Shown: positions 56,021-64,000 of the stretch, piece after piece
Layout of the letters: each line of letters opens with the position of its first letter
Numbering within the stretch: position 1 is the first letter of the stretch
Source: Eledone cirrhosa
Taxonomy: Eukaryota
Length of the DNA: 64,000 nt
NCBI GenBank assembly: GCA_964016885.1
Contig: OZ024740.1
Span: 241,490,001 to 241,554,000 of the forward strand
Reading direction: 5' to 3'
Program-made: the position numbers and the translations under genes
The notes under the pieces: generated by a model
Told to the model about the DNA's origin: nothing
What the model saw: only the letters and a program-made list of their open reading frames with translations
Databases searched by the model: none

Positions 56021-56127
56021 CACGGCTCTGACATCAGACATTGAGCTAACCTTATACTGCCTGCTGGATAAGTGGAGTGTTATACACCCCTGATCCTTTC
56101 CCTAGTATACTATATATAAATATATAC

Positions 56128-56164
<37 letters not shown>

Positions 56165-56205
56165 CAAATATATATATATATATATATATATACAAATATA
56201 TATAA

Positions 56206-56288
<83 letters not shown>

Positions 56289-56427
56289 TATATATATATA
56301 AATATATATATATATAAATATATATATATATAAATATATATATATATAAATATATATATATATAAATATATATATATATAAATATATATATATATAAATA
56401 TATATATATATAAATATATATATAAAT

Positions 56428-56474
<47 letters not shown>

Positions 56475-56561
56475 AATATATATATATATATATAAAGATA
56501 TATATATAAATACAAATATATATATATATAAATATATATATATATATTTACAAATATATAT

Positions 56562-56595
<34 letters not shown>

Positions 56596-56643
56596 TTACA
56601 AATATATATATATATATATATATATAAATATATATATAAATAT

Positions 56644-56675
<32 letters not shown>

Positions 56676-56831
56676 CTATAAATATATAAATATATATATA
56701 TATTTATATAAATATATATATACTCTTTTACCTCTCTTTTACCTGTTTCAGCCATCCGGCTGAGGCCATGCTGGGGCACCGATATATTTATATAGAAAGA
56801 TTTGAATGGATACAGTTTAGTTGAAAGGAAT

Positions 56832-56952
56832 TTATTGACACGATGTTTCTATAACAGTTACATAACCTAAAACCGCTGCTATCTACAAACTTTTAGTTAT
56901 GCAGACATTCAATATTTCAATATTATTATTTACTGTCATTTCATCAGAATAA
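56832..56952 (-). ncRNA. Hammerhead ribozyme with long stem II insert
   Basis: UUAUU-CUGAUGA-aAUGACAGU..(~70 nt)..ACUGUUAUa-GAA-ACAucgUGU-C-AAUAA. Confidence 0.68.
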
Positions 56953-57456
56953 TATTACTGAGGACCTATTTAGTTTTTATAGAGAATATTAGGAGGGAGG
57001 GGTGAAGTTGTTAGAAGAATAGTTGAAGGAGTGGTTTTTCGATAGCAGTGAGAATTCTTGGTGGCAGTGAGTAATTAGATTCCCATCTGTTGTTTTGACA
57101 TTTTTTATAGAATATATTATTGGTTATTTTTCTAAATCTATAGAAGGATTAGAGATAGTAAAGATATGCGTGGTTGGTTTTGTGTTTGCACTTAATTAAC
57201 ATTCAGACTTAAATTTTTCTTTCAAGTGTACGTATCCTTTCACCCACGCATTCACACACAAATATATTTGCACACCTCTACAAAATACATATACTCACAA
57301 TTCACATATTCATACTTACATATATATACACATGCATACACATATATATACACACATGTATTCATGTACATACATACGCGCTCATGTGTATACATTTTCA
57401 TACTCAACTTATCTTTGTATACACACTACAACACAACGGAAAATACTGTATATATA

Positions 57457-57524
<68 letters not shown>

Positions 57525-57555
57525 CATATATATAAATATATATATATATATAAAT

Positions 57556-57648
<93 letters not shown>

Positions 57649-57649
57649 C

Positions 57650-57720
<71 letters not shown>

Positions 57721-57721
57721 C

Positions 57722-57802
<81 letters not shown>

Positions 57803-57803
57803 A

Positions 57804-57840
<37 letters not shown>

Positions 57841-57841
57841 A

Positions 57842-57888
<47 letters not shown>

Positions 57889-57897
57889 TATATATAA

Positions 57898-57928
<31 letters not shown>

Positions 57929-57941
57929 AATATATATATAA

Positions 57942-57972
<31 letters not shown>

Positions 57973-57983
57973 AATATATATAA

Positions 57984-58018
<35 letters not shown>

Positions 58019-58079
58019 AATATATATAAATATATATATAAATATATATAAATATATATATATATATAAATATATATAA

Positions 58080-58112
<33 letters not shown>

Positions 58113-58162
58113 AATATATATAAATATATATATAAATATATATAATATATATAAATATATAC

Positions 58163-58211
<49 letters not shown>

Positions 58212-58220
58212 ATTATATAT

Positions 58221-58271
<51 letters not shown>

Positions 58272-58373
58272 AATATATAAATATATATATAAATATATAA
58301 ATATATAAATATATATATAAATATATAAATATATATATAAATATATATATATATATAAATATATAAATATATA

Positions 58374-59637
58374 TTTGGATTTAATGCTCTGAAATAGCGA
58401 TATATATGTGAAGACAAACAGAATATTCGAAAATATTCTGTATGTTTATAATAAACATTTTGAAGACCCAATCGCTATAGAATAGAATACGTCACGTATT
58501 ACAATTTGAGATTCTCGATAAAAGCAAGGGAAGTAATCTACGCGTTTCATTCTTATTAGAAATCATCAGGATTACATATCCAATGCTTTTATCGAGAACG
58601 ACACAGCTAGAGACTTATAGAATACTTAGCTGTGTACAGGAACTGGTTTGAAAGAGCGGTAGCCGGTCCGGCAGAAATTAGAATTTGGATTTAATGCTCT
58701 GAAATAGCGATATATATGTGAAGATAAACATAGAATATTCGAAAATATTCTGTATGTTTATAATAAACATTTTGAAGACCCAATCGCTATAGAATAGAAT
58801 ACGTCACGTATTACAATTTGAGATTCTCGATAAAAGCAAGGGAAGTAATCTACGCGTTTCATTCTTATTAGAAATCATCAGGATTACATATCCAATGCTT
58901 TTATCGAGAACGACACAGCTAGAGACTTATAGAATACTTAGCTGTGTACAGGAACTGGTTTGAAAGAGCGGTAGCCGGTCCGGCAGAAATTAGAATTTTG
59001 ATTTAATGCTCTGAAATAGCGATATATATGTGAAGACAAACATAGAATATTCGAAAATATTCTGTATGTTTATAATAAACATTTTGAAGACCCAATCGCT
59101 ATAGAATAGAATACATCACGTATTACAATTTGAGATTCTCGATAAAAGCAAGGGAAGTAATCTACGCGTTTCATTCTTAATTCTAAACGTGTAGATTACT
59201 TCCCTTGCTTTTATCGAGAATCTCAAATTGTAATACGTGACGTATTCTATTCTATAGCGATTGGGTCTTCAAAATGTTTATTATAAACATACAGAATATT
59301 TTCGAATATTCTATGTTTGTTTTCACATATATATCGCTATTTCAGAGCATTAAATCCAAATTCTAATTTCTGCCGGACCGGCTATCGCTCTTTCAAACCA
59401 GTTCCTGTACACAGCTAAGTATTCTATAAGTCTCTAGCTGTGTCGTTCTCGATAAAAGCATTGGATATGTAATCCTGATGATTTCTAATAAGAATGAAAC
59501 GCGTAGATTACTTCCCTTGCTTTTATCGAGAATCTCAAATTGTAATACGTGACGTATTCTATTCTATAGCGATTGGGTCTTCAAAATGTTTATTATAAAC
59601 ATACAGAATATTTTCGAATATTCTATGTTTGTCTTTC
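58374..59637. repeat. Tandem plus inverted ~311-bp HHR repeat (retrozyme-like)
   Basis: Units start at 58374, 58684 and 58996; orientation flips at about 59180. Confidence 0.9.
59469..59511 (+). ncRNA. Hammerhead ribozyme, family G (minus-strand copies at 58533-58575 and 58845-58887)
   Basis: GUAAUC-CUGAUGA-uUUCUaauaAGAAu-GAAACGCGUA-GAUUAC. Confidence 0.85.
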
Positions 59638-60033
59638 TATATATATATATATATATAAATATATATATTTATATATATGGAAAGTTATATTTAAAATTGT
59701 TGGGTTACAACTAGTAAATATTTATAACTGATATAAAAGCACTCGACAAATATTTGGAGTATATTTACAATATTAAATAAATGGAAACTATATTTATAAA
59801 ACCATATTTATTTCATTATATATATTTCGGGGATATCATATTAACAATATGCTATGCCTTCCTCAGACAAAATACAATATAAACAGTTTTATAGATAAAT
59901 ATATTCGACATACCGTTATAAACACCGACTTCCATTTGGAGAGGTTTACGCCGCCAGCGTAAACCTCTCCAAATGGAAGTCGGTGTTTATAACGGTATGT
60001 CGAATATATTTATCTATAAAACTGTTTATATTG

Positions 60034-60099
60034 TATTTTGTCTGAGGAAGGCATAGCATATTGTTAATATGATATCCCCGAAATATATATAATGAAATA
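60034..60099 (+). ncRNA. Hammerhead ribozyme, family A (mirror copy at 59809-59874 -)
   Basis: CUGAGGA core, GAAAUAUAUAUA, same stem I. Confidence 0.7.
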
Positions 60100-60165
60100 A
60101 ATATGGTTTTATAAATATAGTTTCCATTTATTTAATATTTTCTATATATATATATATATACAAAT

Positions 60166-60198
<33 letters not shown>

Positions 60199-60199
60199 A

Positions 60200-60262
<63 letters not shown>

Positions 60263-60405
60263 AATATATATATATATATAAATATATATATATTTACCAA
60301 TATATATATATATATATATAAATATATATATATAAATACAAATATATATATATATAAATATATATATATATATTTACAAATATATATATATATATTTACA
60401 AATAT

Positions 60406-60436
<31 letters not shown>

Positions 60437-60453
60437 CAAATATATAAATACAA

Positions 60454-60485
<32 letters not shown>

Positions 60486-60595
60486 TATACAAATATATAT
60501 ATATATATACAAATATATACATATATATACAAATATATATATATATATATATTTGTATATATATATATATATTTGTATATATATATATATATTTG

Positions 60596-60628
<33 letters not shown>

Positions 60629-60653
60629 ATATATATTTGTATATATATATTTG

Positions 60654-60684
<31 letters not shown>

Positions 60685-60792
60685 ATATTTATATATATTT
60701 ATATATATATATATTTATATATATATATATTTATATATATATATTTATATATATATCTATATATATATCTATATATATATATATATTTGTAA

Positions 60793-60843
<51 letters not shown>

Positions 60844-60888
60844 TATATATATATATATATATTTGTAAATATATATATATATATATTT

Positions 60889-60943
<55 letters not shown>

Positions 60944-60974
60944 ATATATTTATATATATATATATATATTTGTA

Positions 60975-61029
<55 letters not shown>

Positions 61030-61034
61030 ATTTG

Positions 61035-61065
<31 letters not shown>

Positions 61066-61112
61066 ATTTATATATATTTATATATATATATTTATATATA
61101 TATATATATTTG

Positions 61113-61165
<53 letters not shown>

Positions 61166-61169
<4 letters not shown>

Positions 61170-62066
61170 GGTAAAAATGAAACGAAATTTCTTTTCCCAC
61201 TCTTAGTACGGCTGTTACTTAAATATAAGTATGTACACGTACATACATATATGTATGCAGACGTACAGTAGTACGTATATATATATATATATACATACAT
61301 GCACACATATATATATGTACGTATGGATTCACCGAACATTTATTATAATGCTCGGTGTGTTTGTAAACAAACATCCCGTATTAAGCCGTAGTGTCCACCA
61401 ACCATCGTTGCTCGTTTGTTCAACACTGACAAAGGAACGCTGTACTAGTTTCAAGCTTATTAGCTATCATCAGCAACGTATACCTTCCTGCCAGATTGTT
61501 GAACGTATATACTTACCTTATGCATATTAACGGCTGAGTAGCTCAATTTGCATATCGAGTGGGTTAATCGGCCGGTGCACCGAAAACGATAAATGGTAAA
61601 AATGAAACGAAATTTCATTTCCCACTCTTAGTACGGCTGTTACTTAAATATAAGTATGTACACGTACATACATATATGTATGCAGACGTACAGTAGTATG
61701 TATATATATATATATACATACATGCACACATATATATATGTACGTATCGATTCACCGAACATTTATTATAATGCTCGGTGTGTTTGTAAACAAACATCCC
61801 GTATTAAGCCGTAGTGTCCAGCAACCATCGTTGCTCGTTTGTTCAACACTGACAAAGGAACGCTGTACTAGTTTCAAGCGTATTAGCTATCATCAGCAAC
61901 GTATACCTTCCTGCCAGATTGTTGAACGTATATACTTACCTTATGCATATTAACGACTGAGTAGCTCAATTTGCATATCGAGTGGGTTAATCGGCCGGGT
62001 GCACCGTACTAAGAGTGGGAAATGAAATTTCGTTTCATTTTTACCATTTATCGTTTTCGGTGCACC
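61166..62066. repeat. Tandem ~424-bp HHR repeat with short inverted tail (family E; also 5522-6170 and 46260-46780)
   Basis: Units start at 61166 and 61591; 62005-62066 is an inverted copy of the unit junction. Confidence 0.88.
61437..61479 (-). ncRNA. Hammerhead ribozyme, family E (tandem copy at 61860-61902)
   Basis: ACGUUG-CUGAUGA-uAGCU..AGCUu-GAAACUAGUA-CAGCGU; palindromic ACUAGU stem III. Confidence 0.78.
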
Positions 62067-62793
62067 CTAAGAATTTTTAAACTAAACATATGGTCATTAT
62101 TTTTTTCACACATTATTGATATGTGTCTCATTCATGAATATTGATATTTACATTATAATACCTAATTCATATGAATTGATAAACTGATGAAACATAATAT
62201 TTTAAATCTATCATCTTCCTTTCTGAATATATCTACTTGCTCTCCTCCTCCCTCTACACTTGACGGGATTTATGTATCGGCTGATTTAACTCTACCTCCT
62301 GTATCTCACCCCTCCCCTATCTCTCCCACCTCGTATAATAGATATTACTCGATCTACCTCTTTTCTCCCACCACCTATATCTCTCTCTACCTCTCTTTAT
62401 TTGTTTTTACTTGTATTTCTCTCCGTATCATTAACACTATAACTAAATAAATAAATTAATAAATAAATAATTACAGTACCCCCTTCCCTCCTAAATCTCT
62501 CAGTTGTACGTTATTCATCTGTGCCCCAGCTGCCTATCATTTTTCACCTCCTCAATATTTCTCTCTCTCATATCTCTCTCTCTATCTCGCTCTGTTGTTT
62601 TTTCTTTACATACTTTTGTTCATTTTCTTCGTCTTCCTCTCTAACTGTCCTTAGCACTATACACTTTCTTTCTTTTTCTCTTCGTATTTCTTTCTAACTG
62701 TCCTTAACATTTTCACTACCAAAACAACTTTTTAAATGGAAGTTGTAAAGTTTAAGGTATGTCAAATTTATTTATAATACTGTTTATATATTG

Positions 62794-62859
62794 TATTTTG
62801 TCTGAAGAGGGCATACCATATTTTTAATATGATATCCCTGAAATATATATAATGAAATA
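62794..62859 (+). ncRNA. Hammerhead ribozyme, family A
   Basis: CUGAAGA core, GGG../..CCU stem II, same stem I. Confidence 0.72.
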
Positions 62860-62998
62860 AATATGGTTTTATAAATATAGTTTCCATTTGTTTAACATCG
62901 TATATATATATATATTTATATATATATATATTTATATATATATTTATATATATATATATTTATTTATATATATATATATATTTATTTATATATATATA

Positions 62999-63047
<49 letters not shown>

Positions 63048-63067
63048 ATTTATATATATATATATAT

Positions 63068-63101
<34 letters not shown>

Positions 63102-63109
63102 AATATATA

Positions 63110-63220
<111 letters not shown>

Positions 63221-63243
63221 ATATTTATATATATACATATATT

Positions 63244-63298
<55 letters not shown>

Positions 63299-63301
63299 AT
63301 T

Positions 63302-63380
<79 letters not shown>

Positions 63381-63382
63381 AT

Positions 63383-63545
<163 letters not shown>

Positions 63546-63548
63546 ATA

Positions 63549-63598
<50 letters not shown>

Positions 63599-63617
63599 AT
63601 TTATATATATATATATT

Positions 63618-63652
<35 letters not shown>

Positions 63653-63655
63653 ATT

Positions 63656-63688
<33 letters not shown>

Positions 63689-63691
63689 ATT

Positions 63692-63726
<35 letters not shown>

Positions 63727-63768
63727 ATTTATATATATATATATATAAATATATATATATATTTATAT

Positions 63769-63901
<133 letters not shown>

Positions 63902-63916
63902 TATATATATATAAAT

Positions 63917-64000
<84 letters not shown>

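Noticed and set aside
58374-59637. CRISPR-like array
   Set aside because: Eukaryotic context; whole units repeat with no unique spacers

Overview
Eukaryotic, very AT-rich, microsatellite-laden animal genomic DNA; the repeat landscape suggests an octopus or other cephalopod (inference). Almost all long ORFs in the supplied track are (TA)n/(CA)n artefacts. Three real layers are visible. (1) Eight phase-compatible minus-strand exons (36014 down to 9140) encode Ig1 to the first half of Ig6 of a contactin-like adhesion protein; four of them are missing from the ORF track and one intron appears to be GC-AG. (2) There are nested non-LTR retroelements: Penelope-like elements (including a near-complete Naiad-type copy with terminal direct repeats), Dong/R4-like RLE LINEs in (TACA)n tracts, RTE-like LINEs with short derivatives, and tRNA-derived SINEs. 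(3) The most striking signal is about 25 type I hammerhead ribozyme (HHR) motifs from about 11 short repeat families, all folded by eye. They occur as tandem 310-600 bp units, head-to-head palindromes or hairpin apices, mostly inside (TA)n tracts, and look like a set of non-autonomous Penelope-derived or retrozyme-like elements. Two families carry a U3-A8 covariant core, and one element starts at its own predicted cleavage site. No searches were run, so family names and novelty are unverified.
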